Shown: positions 1 to 11,588, counted from the stretch's first letter. The stretch: 64,000 bases of DNA from Patescibacteria group bacterium (GCA_023379265.1 JAMCUI010000004.1:9273-73272); one strand, 5' to 3'. The notes: generated from the letters alone by a model not told the origin. Numbers and translations: made by a program.

Positions 1-2
1 AT

Positions 3-320
3 CAAAGAAATTTAGAGAGATTTTGGAAAAAGTCAACTGTTTTTATTGTCCCAATTAGATACGGATCAGGATTAAGACTAAAAATATTAGAAGCAATGTC
101 CTGGGGAATACCAATAATTTCAACTGACGAAGGAGCTAAAGGTTTAGAAGTAAAAAACGGTCGCGAAATCCTTTTGGTTCAAAGCGGGAAAGATTTTACA
201 GATAAAATTGAATTACTTCTCAATAAAAAAAATCTTCAAAAAAAGCTTGTCGAAAATGCTTATATATTTCTATCTAAAAACCATTCATTAAATAAACTGC
301 AAAAGATATTCACAACATAA
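3..320 (+). CDS. Glycosyltransferase family 4 (GT-B), C-terminal part; truncated by window edge
   Basis: GSGLRLKILEAMSWGIPIISTDEGAKGL matches the GT4 C-terminal E-x7-E region. Confidence 0.8.
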   Translation, partial: QRNLERFWKKSTVFIVPIRYGSGLRLKILEAMSWGIPIISTDEGAKGLEVKNGREILLVQSGKDFTDKIELLLNKKNLQKKLVENAYIFLSKNHSLNKLQKIFTT

Positions 321-600
321 TTAAATGATAGCGGGTCATAATTATTTATAACTTATTTAATTCCCACCATCTTGTTAATATTTTTGCTCCCTTAACAACT
401 TACAATAGATAAATAAGGTTAGTAATTTCCAGAGGGTTGGGAACATTGTAAATCACTACCAAATGATACAGAAAACAGTAGGCTACCAGATACGATAAAC
501 CGCCAAAAACTCTAAGGTCAATTTAATCAGACTATTTCTTAATTAGGCCTAAACAACACATAAAAGTATAATAACCACTGAACAATTTTACTTGTAAGTA

Positions 601-3426
601 TTACCATTTAACTATCTCAATTGGTCCATTATCTACATATACATCCATATTAGGTCCTGTTTTGACCACAGAATAAACATAAGCACTTGAATGAACGTTC
701 TTAAGAACAGGATCACCTCCATCCGGTGCCATTTTACCCTTAACTGATTGATGATAATGTATCGTATTCCCATCAGAATCTACCTTATCCCAATCTAAAT
801 TAGCTATTAATGATCTGTCAGGATTCACTCTGAGCTCAAATGTATAGAGAATATTAGGATTAATCGTAAAACCATCTGGAAAATAAATCCTATCTGAAAT
901 ATCATCATTCTGATTCATAGGTGCTAAAAATGGATGACCATATTTGTCAATATCCACCGTAGCTACATTATGCCATACACCGTCTTGCTCACCTGTTTTG
1001 TTAAATGCACTTATCACATTCATATCTCCTTCATATACCCATCCGTTACTCATCCTAAACGGTACTATCACAGAAAAAGGTCCAGATATAGTTTCCCCCC
1101 ATTTATTTAATTGGACTCTAACATTACCTCCCTCAGTGACATGGTATCTGATAATACCATTAGTCAATAACTCAACATGACCCCCCGTTTCCTGTAAATT
1201 AGTCCAACCCGGATCTTTCCAGGAGCGTGAATCGTCGTTGTGAGCTAATGAAGCAGGACTTTTCCATTCAATTTGATTTGGGGCTGGTGTTATCTCTGGT
1301 ACAAGAGTTTGCGTAGGAGATGGCGCTTTAAGCTTCACTATCCCGTCAAGATTCACGGAATAGACCTTCCCTGTAACGTCATCCTTTACTTGAGTCACGT
1401 ACACTTTCCCACCGACCGAATCCAACTTGAAATACAGATTATCCCTATGGTTGACCAATTCTTGATTTTCAAGTATGACTGATAACTGTGAGCCTATATA
1501 GTAATCAGCATTCTTATCAGAGAGAAATTTAATAACAGCCTTCCGTGTACCATTTGCATCAAGCTCAATAAAATCCTTCAAATTAGAAGGGGAGGATCCA
1601 TTAGATGACCTATAATATCTTGCCCAATCAATTCCTACCAATGCATCGTTTGAAAGTGCCAGATTGAAACTTTGTCCATCTAGAACAAAAACCAAATCTA
1701 ACCAATATTTACTCTTATCTAGACCTGCGTTGCTTTCGATTTTATCTTCATTAACAGTACCCATAAAGCTTGCCCAGCTATCAGTACTAAATTCCCCATG
1801 AACCGCTGTCGGCGTGGCTGTTACTGCTTCTATGGCTGTTGCTTTAGGAGATGGACTAAGAGTGGGAGTCTCAGTTGGTTGGACCACATTTACCATTTTG
1901 CCGGACTCCCGATCAAACGTGGCAATCGTTTGCCATGGACTATCCAGACTTGACCCCTGTCTCTCCCATACCCATGTCCCGTCATCCGTAAATCTTCCTC
2001 TCATATCTCTTGGCACCGGAGGAGGTTGAGTAGCTTCTCCTTTGGAATTCGGAAACCATCTGTTTCCCGTGCTATCCACAATTATCCAATTTACCTTTGC
2101 GGTACTATCCACACTTGGCATTTCCGAAAGAATTGCATCGGGATTTGTCTGATAAATCCTCCTTGCGGCTGTCGCCAGCTGCGGAGCAAAAGCATTTCTT
2201 GCGGAAATCACGTCAACACCATGAAGATCGGAAGGCAAATTACTTCCGTCATACCACATACCTGTTGCCTTATCCCAAATCTGATCTGCCTGTTTCTTGC
2301 CTGAGGCCAAATTTTCCCCTTTACCTTGTCTTATGATGTTTGACCCATCAGAAGTAAATCCTAAATCTCCTGCTGAAGAAGACAATTTTTCTATCCTGTA
2401 CTCCGTCGAATTTCCAATCACGATAGCAGATAGAGTGTATTGATCCTGACCGTGGGAAACAATAAGCGTCGGCGAAGCATTATTACTTTCCCAGGTGTTT
2501 AGCAATGATCTAGTCAAAGGCATTCTGACGCTAAATTCTGATATATTTGTAGAGGGGAATCTCCCAAGAAGAGCTCTACCGGTAATCCCCATATAGTACA
2601 AAATGAATTGGGCGTCAGTAGAAGGAGCCGCGGAACTATCCGGTTTATAATTATTTACGTAAGTAGCCAACTGTCTACTAAGCGCCGGATCTGATAATGA
2701 AGGATCAGGAGTAAAAGTAGGATAGGCTGAAACAACAGGTGTAGCCTCTCTTGAATTCCCAACAACAACGGTAGGAGTAGCTTCTCCCGCATGCAGTGTG
2801 GATGCGCAGGAAGTAAGAATTGCTCCTGAACCAAAGAATAATTCCGCTGCCGAGCCGCCGACATCCGCAACTGTCTGGACAACTTCACCAACCGTATTTG
2901 CGGCTTGGGAAGCCACTACTTCAATATCTGATTCAGTCTTCTTTCCTTTACTGATAATATCCGGATCGCCAAAAGTATCTGTATTTCTAATCTCATTTCT
3001 TGCTTGAGCTATTGCGGCGGAATTTGGTCCCTTATGATGCGCGCCGTCAAATAAAGTACTCCTTCTTGCCTGAGTATTGTTTGGCGATTGATCTTTGCCT
3101 CTAACGCCTTGATCCTGAGCGTGTCCCTGATCGTAACTTGGTGGAGAGGAAGTATTCCCTGCCTGCTTTACAGAAGTGTTACCCTGATCTCCCTTTTTAT
3201 CGGCAAGATACGAACTTTGTGAGGAATCCCTGACACTAAGCCCTGCCGGCGGCCTGCCGTTTCCTTTATTGTCCGCAGAATATTTATTGGGACTTTCAAC
3301 AGGTCCGCCCCCAGCTAAAAACCGGACCATTGTAACACCTAACGCTACCTTCGGTGCGTATTTCTTCCCCATGTCCAATGCCTTCTGTAACCCCAGATGC
3401 TGTTGTTCCTGTTTTGATCCTGGCAT
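601..3426 (-). CDS. Large hypothetical surface/secreted protein (941 aa) with disordered N-terminus and Pro/Thr linkers
   Basis: Long ORF; PT-rich linkers (PTETPTLSPSP, PSPTQTLVPEITP); internal lipobox-like GAILTSC; beta-rich C-terminal domain. Confidence 0.7.
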   Translation of the reverse strand: MPGSKQEQQHLGLQKALDMGKKYAPKVALGVTMVRFLAGGGPVESPNKYSADNKGNGRPPAGLSVRDSSQSSYLADKKGDQGNTSVKQAGNTSSPPSYDQGHAQDQGVRGKDQSPNNTQARRSTLFDGAHHKGPNSAAIAQARNEIRNTDTFGDPDIISKGKKTESDIEVVASQAANTVGEVVQTVADVGGSAAELFFGSGAILTSCASTLHAGEATPTVVVGNSREATPVVSAYPTFTPDPSLSDPALSRQLATYVNNYKPDSSAAPSTDAQFILYYMGITGRALLGRFPSTNISEFSVRMPLTRSLLNTWESNNASPTLIVSHGQDQYTLSAIVIGNSTEYRIEKLSSSAGDLGFTSDGSNIIRQGKGENLASGKKQADQIWDKATGMWYDGSNLPSDLHGVDVISARNAFAPQLATAARRIYQTNPDAILSEMPSVDSTAKVNWIIVDSTGNRWFPNSKGEATQPPPVPRDMRGRFTDDGTWVWERQGSSLDSPWQTIATFDRESGKMVNVVQPTETPTLSPSPKATAIEAVTATPTAVHGEFSTDSWASFMGTVNEDKIESNAGLDKSKYWLDLVFVLDGQSFNLALSNDALVGIDWARYYRSSNGSSPSNLKDFIELDANGTRKAVIKFLSDKNADYYIGSQLSVILENQELVNHRDNLYFKLDSVGGKVYVTQVKDDVTGKVYSVNLDGIVKLKAPSPTQTLVPEITPAPNQIEWKSPASLAHNDDSRSWKDPGWTNLQETGGHVELLTNGIIRYHVTEGGNVRVQLNKWGETISGPFSVIVPFRMSNGWVYEGDMNVISAFNKTGEQDGVWHNVATVDIDKYGHPFLAPMNQNDDISDRIYFPDGFTINPNILYTFELRVNPDRSLIANLDWDKVDSDGNTIHYHQSVKGKMAPDGGDPVLKNVHSSAYVYSVVKTGPNMDVYVDNGPIEIVKW

Positions 3427-3821
3427 ATATTAAAAACCTGCTATTTGTAGCAGGTTAGCTTTTTATAATAATTTTTCCTTTTATATAAGGAAAACTGTAA
3501 AAAATCAATAAAAAATATTTATAACATTGTTTCATTTAACTTAAAAGTTATACCTTATTATCGATAACTGTAAACTAAATTACACTCTATGTAATATTAT
3601 AATTTATCACTATCCTATAGTTTTGTCAAGAAAGCTAGAAAATAGAGTCAGAGGTGGAGACAGTAGGGTATAGAAGTCTGATTTGGAGAAAGACCGCATA
3701 GTAAAATATACGATCATATAAGCTTATTGTAAACAACCATACATATTTGTCAACACCGAATCACTTATAACCGGACAGGAAGTGGAAAATCGACCCAAGA
3801 CTACCATATAATAATTCTATT

Positions 3822-6002
3822 GTGAAAAATAATATCATTTATCTAGTATTCATTTTTTTACTTATCCTTATCGTTTATTCACTAACCACTAGACTATTTG
3901 AAAAAACGCTTTTTGTCTCCACAAACGGAAGTGATAACAATTCCGGAACTTTCGGCAAACCGCTCAGATCCATTCAATATGCAGTAAATATCGCTACTGC
4001 CGGCACCACAATCCATATCCTACCCGGTACTTACAGGGAGTCTGTCACGGTATCAAACAGCGGAACAAAAGACTCTCCAATCACTTTATATGTTGCCCCT
4101 TCTGATAGAGGAAAAGTGATACTTGAAGGATCCGAACTTTCATCACAAATGATATGGCATAAATGCAATACCGTGAATTGTAAAAAAATTCCAGTGAATT
4201 CCGGACATGAAGTTTTTTTTACTCATCTGGATTGGAATGAAATACCTTATCAGATATATGAGAATATATCGGGAAGAGATTTATACCCATTACGTCTTGC
4301 TAGAACTCCAAATTATAACGTCACAACAGATTGGAAATTTCACCAGAACTGGTGGACCTCAGAAGATTCCTCTGAAAATAATAAAGTTTTGTCTGATCAC
4401 AAGCTGAAAAACATAGGTGATATCAACGGCGCTACAATAAACCTGATTGACGGTGGAACGCGTTGCGGAGAATTTTCATATTCCAGAGTTATAGATAATT
4501 TCAACGGACAAAAAGGCCAAATCATCTTTGATCAACCGGTAGGCTTCTCAATTTTCGGCTCCCAAGAAAACGGTATAAGCCAGTACACGAAATATTATGT
4601 CGAAAATAAACCACAATTTCTGGATGAAAAAGGGGAATGGTTCTATGACAAGAAAAGTGGAATACTTTATATCTGGCCATTGGAAGAGAAAAACCCAAAA
4701 AATCTTGACATCGAAATTTCAAAGAGATCCTTTGGATTGAACTTATCAAAAGCTTCAAACTTTATAGTAGACGGTTTGACTATCAAATATATAAACGAAT
4801 CAGATATATTTCACAACGAATCCTCTGCAGCAATCATTATTAATCCAGAAGAAAACTCTCAAGTTAAAAATATCAAGTTAGTGAACTTAGACATCAATCA
4901 TTCGTCAGCCGGAATTACTATCTCCAGCCCCTATAACTTATCTAGAGTAGAAAACATATCACTTACCAAAAGCAAAATTGACTATATTGATAAAAATGTC
5001 TTCGTTGCTGCTGCATCTTCACAATTCCCTTCAAATGTATCCAATATAACCATTAACGACTCTGATTTTGGATTTTCATCATTCCAAAACAACGATATCG
5101 GTCTTAGTTTTGTCAGAGTAAGCAACATCAAACTTGTAAATAATAAAATCCACGATTTTGCCAATTATCCAATCGTTTTTACCGGTTTTGAGAGAAATGA
5201 CGGTACCGTAAAAAACTTAGTAATAGAAAATAATTTTATAAATAATAATTGTCTAAATCTTTCAGCCTGTAGCTCGATAAAAATATATGGAGGAAAATTT
5301 TTAGATACACTCATAAAAAATAACATCATGGAGAATAATAAGGGTTGGTCTTATTGCCAGGAAGCAAAATATGGACAAGGTTATGCTCATGGAATATTCA
5401 TCAGCAATGCCAGCGGAATTACCGTCCAGAATAATATAATCTTAAACATGTCTGACATCGGTATTGAAATTTACCCGAGGCAAATTCCTACTACCAACAA
5501 CTACATTATAAATAACTTGATTAGTCGTTCTTCAACCGGAATAAATCTTGGTAACCCAAAAGATGCATTTGATTTGAATAAACTTGCACACAACACCAGA
5601 CATGACGGAGATATAATAAAAAATAACATTTTTCTGAATAATAATACCGCAATTAATATCGATCCAGCTGATTCAAACAGTATAGCAATTGACTACAGTG
5701 CCTATATCAACAATAAAAATGATATGATTTTCAGAAATGATCCGTTGATTTCTTTAAATTCCATTAGAAATGCTTTTCCTAAATGGGACATTCATTCTAT
5801 AGAAACAAATACTCAAGCATTCAGAAATGCAAAAAGTGGTGATTTTAATCTTTACTACACCAGTCCGCTTCGAGGAAAAGGAGAACCGCAATCCGGCAAT
5901 CCGTGGATCCAAGCCAACTTGTTTCTCCTGGGTCTGGCAAATGATATCGGTCCCTGCAAATTTTCCTGGGTGGGAAATACGTGCGCTGTTAACGGAAACT
6001 AG
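3822..6002 (+). CDS. Secreted right-handed parallel beta-helix (pectin-lyase-fold) protein
   Basis: N-terminal TM; FVSTNGSDNNSGTFGKPLRSIQYA...ILPGTYRE motif; Asn/Ile-rich repeats. Confidence 0.8.
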   Translation: MKNNIIYLVFIFLLILIVYSLTTRLFEKTLFVSTNGSDNNSGTFGKPLRSIQYAVNIATAGTTIHILPGTYRESVTVSNSGTKDSPITLYVAPSDRGKVILEGSELSSQMIWHKCNTVNCKKIPVNSGHEVFFTHLDWNEIPYQIYENISGRDLYPLRLARTPNYNVTTDWKFHQNWWTSEDSSENNKVLSDHKLKNIGDINGATINLIDGGTRCGEFSYSRVIDNFNGQKGQIIFDQPVGFSIFGSQENGISQYTKYYVENKPQFLDEKGEWFYDKKSGILYIWPLEEKNPKNLDIEISKRSFGLNLSKASNFIVDGLTIKYINESDIFHNESSAAIIINPEENSQVKNIKLVNLDINHSSAGITISSPYNLSRVENISLTKSKIDYIDKNVFVAAASSQFPSNVSNITINDSDFGFSSFQNNDIGLSFVRVSNIKLVNNKIHDFANYPIVFTGFERNDGTVKNLVIENNFINNNCLNLSACSSIKIYGGKFLDTLIKNNIMENNKGWSYCQEAKYGQGYAHGIFISNASGITVQNNIILNMSDIGIEIYPRQIPTTNNYIINNLISRSSTGINLGNPKDAFDLNKLAHNTRHDGDIIKNNIFLNNNTAINIDPADSNSIAIDYSAYINNKNDMIFRNDPLISLNSIRNAFPKWDIHSIETNTQAFRNAKSGDFNLYYTSPLRGKGEPQSGNPWIQANLFLLGLANDIGPCKFSWVGNTCAVNGN

Positions 6003-7396
6003 AAACTGTCCAAGATTCTTTGCAGTTTAATACTCACCTCCTCATCCTTTGCCGGATTTTGGGAAGAAAGGTCGCCTAATTCTTTTTTATCAGATCCTAA
6101 ATTATAAAGTTCATTTATATTAGTCTCCAAATCAGTAATAATTTTCCATCCGTCAGAAGTGATAAACGCCCTCTTAAATACCGCATAGCGATAATCTGTT
6201 TCGGAAAAAGCATCAAGATTCATCTTGCCGCCCTCCATAGCCGGAATTAGACTCACTCCTTGCATTTGTTTTTTTAATACATCATCGGGTGCAATATCCA
6301 ATACCGACAAAACTGTAGGCATGACATCTATACTACTAACTAAACTGTTAATTTTTACTCCGGAACTCATCCCGGGTACTGAAATTATTAAAGGCACATG
6401 AATAAGCTCCTGATAAAGGCTGTGGCCGTGGTCTATCTGCCCGTGGTCATACAATTCCTCGCCATGACCTGAGGTAAAAACAAAGATTGTTTTATCCATT
6501 AAACCCAATTTTTTGTATTCAGATAGAAATTTGGCGAGTTCTGTATCAGCACGCTGTAATTTCTCATCATATATCGCATTTAGAAATCTGACATCGTCCT
6601 TTGAAAGAAAAAGCTTTCCCTGGGCTAGACCGCTCTCACGAAGCTGAACCTCCTCATCTTTTGATCCCGTCAACTTACCTTTATAGGGAAAATCCAAAAA
6701 ACGGAAGTCATAACCGCCTTGGGGAACATATTCGCCATGGGTATCATAACCCTGAAGAAAGACAAAGAACTTATTTTCCTTGTGTGCTTTTATCCAATCG
6801 ATAGCCTTGGGATAGGTATATGGCAACCCGGCAAAATCCTTATCGTCAACATAGGTATCAAAACCAGCGCTGTAACCAAATTCACGGTTTACCGCAGCGC
6901 TTCCGGTAAATCCGCCTGTAGCATAACCGTTTTTCTTCAGAAATTCGGCAAAAGTAACAATGTCAGGCGCAAGCACCTTAAGATTGGAAATAATCTGAGA
7001 TCCCGGTGACAGAAGAGTGTATTTATTCAAAACTTTGTGTCTGGATGGATAAACTCCAGTCAACAAACTCATGTCAGCAGGAAGAGTCCAGGATGAAGCA
7101 CTGATATCGTTTGTAAAAGCGAAACCATGTGAGGCTAAAGAATCAATCGTAGGAGTAGTATCACGCATATACCCATATGAGTGGATATGATCCGCGCGAA
7201 GCGGATCCAAGACGATAAGCACTATATTACAATCACGGCAGGATATATCCGAAGGGTAATTTACTAACCTTGATTCATTTTTTCCCGAATGAAATACGGT
7301 GCTATAGATTACTGCTCCAGCAAGTATTAAAATTATAAAAGCAGCGATAATAACAAATTTATATTTCAAAGCGACACTGTCAAACCGCATCAGCAT
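5999..7396 (-). CDS. Membrane-anchored sulfatase-like (alkaline phosphatase superfamily) enzyme
   Basis: NIVLIVLDPLRADH, SSWTLPADMSLLTG, TSGHGEE, HGHSLY motifs; N-terminal TM. Confidence 0.85.
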   Translation of the reverse strand: MLMRFDSVALKYKFVIIAAFIILILAGAVIYSTVFHSGKNESRLVNYPSDISCRDCNIVLIVLDPLRADHIHSYGYMRDTTPTIDSLASHGFAFTNDISASSWTLPADMSLLTGVYPSRHKVLNKYTLLSPGSQIISNLKVLAPDIVTFAEFLKKNGYATGGFTGSAAVNREFGYSAGFDTYVDDKDFAGLPYTYPKAIDWIKAHKENKFFVFLQGYDTHGEYVPQGGYDFRFLDFPYKGKLTGSKDEEVQLRESGLAQGKLFLSKDDVRFLNAIYDEKLQRADTELAKFLSEYKKLGLMDKTIFVFTSGHGEELYDHGQIDHGHSLYQELIHVPLIISVPGMSSGVKINSLVSSIDVMPTVLSVLDIAPDDVLKKQMQGVSLIPAMEGGKMNLDAFSETDYRYAVFKRAFITSDGWKIITDLETNINELYNLGSDKKELGDLSSQNPAKDEEVSIKLQRILDSF

Positions 7397-7420
7397 ATAA
7401 AATTATTTTAGCATTATTTT

Positions 7421-8032
7421 ATGTCCATCAAACATCCAAGGAAAAAAACAACACCGCTTATTTTTCTTCTGTTCCTTGTTTTCTTTGCTTTATCCGCTTT
7501 TATTGTCACAATAATTTCACACTGCCAAAAAATTCAGTGTATTTCCATGGCTGATCTTCCTAAATACTCCCTGAAAGAAATCTACCAGAATACCAACAAT
7601 ATATACCGCGCGCTTTATACAAATGACAAGGATATACTTCGCGTCGAGATTAGGTCTGGAATAAACGAAACGGAAGCGCAAAAATCTATCGACGCACAAA
7701 CTGCCAGGATGGAAGCTCTTTTTGCCGATGCCACCTCGCCCTATCCCGGAGACATAACAAACGAGATAAGCTGCAACAGCAAATTCAAGCCGAAAATGGC
7801 AATAGAGAACATAAACGGAATAAGAATCACCCACTTTACAGGATACCTGAACAACAGGCTGACGTTTGGCGCATGTACAGATGACCAAGCTGTTAATAAA
7901 GGAATTGAAGCGTTATTTTATTGTTCTAGTCAACGAAAACTTTACCAAACAGAGATTATCGCTCCTACAAGTAAATTCAACTCAAATGAAAATTTCTATA
8001 ATGGAGTATTACATTCAATACGTTGTAAATGA
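7421..8032 (+). CDS. Hypothetical membrane-anchored exported protein
   Basis: 203-aa ORF, N-terminal hydrophobic segment, several Cys. Confidence 0.65.
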   Translation: MSIKHPRKKTTPLIFLLFLVFFALSAFIVTIISHCQKIQCISMADLPKYSLKEIYQNTNNIYRALYTNDKDILRVEIRSGINETEAQKSIDAQTARMEALFADATSPYPGDITNEISCNSKFKPKMAIENINGIRITHFTGYLNNRLTFGACTDDQAVNKGIEALFYCSSQRKLYQTEIIAPTSKFNSNENFYNGVLHSIRCK

Positions 8033-8035
8033 TTC

Positions 8036-9583
8036 CTAAAAATATCCTGTTTTTATAAGTTTTTTTCTTTCCTCTTGATCCACCCATGCCGGAAACGGTT
8101 GGTTATCTTTCTGCTCATACACCGGTTGTTTATCAAGTATGGTATTTAATTTATTTTCCATTGAGGCAGCTATTCCTGGGTATTCGAAAATAACATTTTT
8201 TGTCTCATTATAATCATTATCCAGATTGTATAATTCACGCATTATATTGCCATTGAAATTCTGATTTATTATCAGCTTCCAATCCTTAGTCAAAATAGCC
8301 TGTTTACCTATCTGTAAACGTTGAGTAACAACATATTTATTCTCATAGGTAGAAAATAGATCATTCCCCTGAAATTGTGCGGGTGTGCTTATGCCCAAAA
8401 TATGAAATAATGAAGGAGCAATATCAATACTCTCTGCCAGTTTACCAATCACCTGTGGTTTTGCCCCCGGTATGTACATAATCAATGGTACATGAATCTC
8501 TTCGTTATATAAATCTGCACCGTGAGACCAATTACCGTGTTCCTGAAATTCTTCACCATGGTCAGCAGTGATTATGACTACAGTATTTTTCAGGAAATTT
8601 TTATCCTTAAGATATTGGAAAAACTTTTTCAGTTCAAAATCCAACTCATAAATTCTAGCCTCATAAAATGCTTGAATATACTTTCTTCTTTCATCTAGGG
8701 GGATATTTGAAAAAGCACTCATATAACTATCTACCCTTTCATCAAAAAACTGTGCGGTTTCAGCATATGATGACGAGTCGATATACTTTTGCGTATACAA
8801 TGTGAGAACATTACAATAATCTCCAGACGGATTTCCTTTTGGTATTAAATTTTTAATTCTATCAGGGTGTAGATTCATTAATTCTTCATAAGTCTTTTTA
8901 CATAAATCATTATATGAAATATAAGCAGTGGCGGGACCGTTATAAAATTTCTTAATGTCCTCTTTTTTGGGAATATATGGTATGTGTACCCAATATGAAT
9001 GAAGAAGAGCAAAGAATTTTTGGTCTCCTTTTATATCCTTATTCATATCAGCCATCCATGTTTGAGGGTCATCGGCAGATTCAATAAGTTTAAATCCTCT
9101 TCCCAATCCGCGATCCAATGGTTGGTTAATATCTCCTATGGAACTGGCATACATTGTCAGGTAACCGTTTTTTTGGAGTATCTGCGTCAATGTTACGATC
9201 TGGTTGCTTAAATTACTCACTAACGGAATAATCATTTTATGAGAAGATGGTAATAGGGAAGTGAAAATGGAAAATCGGTTATCCAAAGTATATGAACTCT
9301 GACTGTATGAATTTTTAAAAAGGAATGATTTGCTAGCAAAATCACAAAGGTTGGGAGCAGTATTTTTAATATACCCGTAGCAGGGTAGACTCTTGGCCCG
9401 CAGTGGAACGATGGTCATTAGTATCACGTTACAATCCTTACAGAAACCTTCTGGCAGTATATTTCTTTTTAAAAGATCAATTCCAAATATAGTCTTCAGG
9501 AAAAAAAATTGAAAAGCGGCAAATACCAGAATAAACGCAATAAAAGAAAAACCGACAATATATTTTTTACGGTGTTGTAACAT
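8036..9583 (-). CDS. Sulfatase-like enzyme, paralog with altered first metal-ligand motif
   Basis: CKDCNVILMTIVPLRA, SSYTLDNR, TADHGEEF, HVPLI; start placed at MLQHRK to avoid overlap. Confidence 0.8.
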   Translation of the reverse strand: MLQHRKKYIVGFSFIAFILVFAAFQFFFLKTIFGIDLLKRNILPEGFCKDCNVILMTIVPLRAKSLPCYGYIKNTAPNLCDFASKSFLFKNSYSQSSYTLDNRFSIFTSLLPSSHKMIIPLVSNLSNQIVTLTQILQKNGYLTMYASSIGDINQPLDRGLGRGFKLIESADDPQTWMADMNKDIKGDQKFFALLHSYWVHIPYIPKKEDIKKFYNGPATAYISYNDLCKKTYEELMNLHPDRIKNLIPKGNPSGDYCNVLTLYTQKYIDSSSYAETAQFFDERVDSYMSAFSNIPLDERRKYIQAFYEARIYELDFELKKFFQYLKDKNFLKNTVVIITADHGEEFQEHGNWSHGADLYNEEIHVPLIMYIPGAKPQVIGKLAESIDIAPSLFHILGISTPAQFQGNDLFSTYENKYVVTQRLQIGKQAILTKDWKLIINQNFNGNIMRELYNLDNDYNETKNVIFEYPGIAASMENKLNTILDKQPVYEQKDNQPFPAWVDQEERKKLIKTGYF

Positions 9584-9590
9584 TTTCCAC

Positions 9591-11588
9591 TCAGTTAAAA
9601 ACATCCAGAGGTTTTCCCTGAACGAAATCAGGTATTTTTACTTTAAGGGCTTTCATGATAGTCGGGTACTGGTCAATCTGAACTGCCGGCGTATCACCCA
9701 AAAAGTTGTTTTTCTTTATCCCCGGGCCGGCTATGATAAACGGGGTCCACATCCCCGGATCGTCCTTTGCCAGGATGGCCTGTTTATATCCGGTAATCAA
9801 TGGGGAAGTGAAAACCTTCAAATCGTTTGACATCTCTTCATTCCAACCATAACCCGGGGCATTGGCTATCACCAAATCACCAATTCTTGAAGGATCAAGC
9901 TGCATAAATCTTTTGGCATCCTCCCACTTCACCACCTCTGCCACCGGCTTACTGCCGTCTTCATCCTTCAAGTTTTCCAAAGCGTCGATCACCTGGTTTC
10001 GCAGATATTCATACTCCGGACCGGAGGCACGGTGATAGTCTCCGGCCAAACCGTTGGGGTTTATATAAACATGCGCCATTTTAAGATAAATCACTTTTGA
10101 GTTTTTCCAGTCGATATTCGGTTCTCCTGTTTTGGGATCAATGGTGAATTTCAACCAGCCTTTCTGGGCAAAAAGGTTATTCAGATTCACGTTCCGGTTC
10201 AAGGGTACGGCACCATGGTCGGAACTGAAAACGATAACCGTATTTTTGCCGGAGACTTTTAAGATTTCACCGACTATATTATCCAGCTTCTTGTACATAC
10301 CCCGCACTTCACCCCAAAGCTTTTCCCTTTCCTTATCGGAAATGTCTTTATAATGTATGCTTTTGGGGTCAACATAACCCATCCACCAGCGGCTGGTAAG
10401 CATCTGGTTGGGGGTATAAATGTCCTGAATGACGACATTTGGCGAAAAGTCCTTCACCATGGCGCTTACTGCTTTTGTATGCCACTCAAACGACATATCA
10501 GCCTCATCCATAAATGTCTTTTTATCCTCAGGGTAGTATACCAACTGGGCCGGGAAATTATCGGCAAAATCGATCATAGGACCAACTGAATTCTCCATCG
10601 CACTTGCTGCCTCTGGAGGCTGGGCAATATACTGGTTCAAGTTGTCATAGTCTATCCTGATCCTGAAAAATTTATCGCTTCCCAGTTTTATTACAGTCGC
10701 CTTAAAATGCGTATCAACCGGAATGTCCTTATCGGTGGTAACCCAATGTAAAGTAATGGGAAGCCACCCAGACCATTTGCCGGGTGTCAAATCCGCCAGA
10801 ACATCTTTCTTATCCAGGGAAAAGAGAACATGATCATAGTCCGTTTTACCATTATCCGTCGAATCATAAACGAAAGCGTAAACGGGAGTACCCCAACCAT
10901 CCATTTTCACCTCATAAGGAGGTGAGAAACTTTTGGGAGTATTAACCCACCCTGAAGGAGAAACAGAATCGATGTATTTAGTCAACTCAGCACCAAAGAA
11001 AAAAAGGTGGACCGCCCGGCCCTGTAGAACTCTCTGAAGGAGATTCCCCTTTGTCTCAAAGTTTATGGCATTAAAATCTGCACCCCAACCTCCCCATCTT
11101 CCTCTTATTACTACCCCTTTTTGGATCTCAGGAGGAGTAGATCCGGGAACTGATAATACCGCAACTTTCATACCGGCATCCTCAAGTGTCTTCCAAATTG
11201 CCGGCACCTTTCTGGCAACCGACCTGAAACCGCCTACTGCTACCTTATCAAGAGGACTGCCAATGGCATGCATGGGGCCGTCATCCACACCATTCACCTC
11301 GGGATAGGCACCCGTGAGAAGTGCGGCAAAATTGACGGGAGTATGGGAAGGAAAAGTGGGAAACGAATATCCATAAGAACCCATCTCCATCAACTTTTTA
11401 ATATTGGGAAGCTTACCTTCCTTGGCCCATTTATAGATATTAAATAGTCCCGGCTCGGCACGGACACCATCCGGAATAAACCAGTAAAGCTTGAGAGTGT
11501 TTTGAGGCTGAGTTTTTGGAGAAATAACCTTTGATACACCAAAAATAATAAGAATCAATAAGATAATAACTGCGGCTGTCTTCTTCAT
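9591..11588 (-). CDS. Alkaline phosphatase superfamily / type I phosphodiesterase (NPP-like)
   Basis: WFIPDGVR, PSHTPVNFAALLTG (Thr nucleophile), SSDHG; N-terminal TM. Confidence 0.85.
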   Translation of the reverse strand: MKKTAAVIILLILIIFGVSKVISPKTQPQNTLKLYWFIPDGVRAEPGLFNIYKWAKEGKLPNIKKLMEMGSYGYSFPTFPSHTPVNFAALLTGAYPEVNGVDDGPMHAIGSPLDKVAVGGFRSVARKVPAIWKTLEDAGMKVAVLSVPGSTPPEIQKGVVIRGRWGGWGADFNAINFETKGNLLQRVLQGRAVHLFFFGAELTKYIDSVSPSGWVNTPKSFSPPYEVKMDGWGTPVYAFVYDSTDNGKTDYDHVLFSLDKKDVLADLTPGKWSGWLPITLHWVTTDKDIPVDTHFKATVIKLGSDKFFRIRIDYDNLNQYIAQPPEAASAMENSVGPMIDFADNFPAQLVYYPEDKKTFMDEADMSFEWHTKAVSAMVKDFSPNVVIQDIYTPNQMLTSRWWMGYVDPKSIHYKDISDKEREKLWGEVRGMYKKLDNIVGEILKVSGKNTVIVFSSDHGAVPLNRNVNLNNLFAQKGWLKFTIDPKTGEPNIDWKNSKVIYLKMAHVYINPNGLAGDYHRASGPEYEYLRNQVIDALENLKDEDGSKPVAEVVKWEDAKRFMQLDPSRIGDLVIANAPGYGWNEEMSNDLKVFTSPLITGYKQAILAKDDPGMWTPFIIAGPGIKKNNFLGDTPAVQIDQYPTIMKALKVKIPDFVQGKPLDVFN

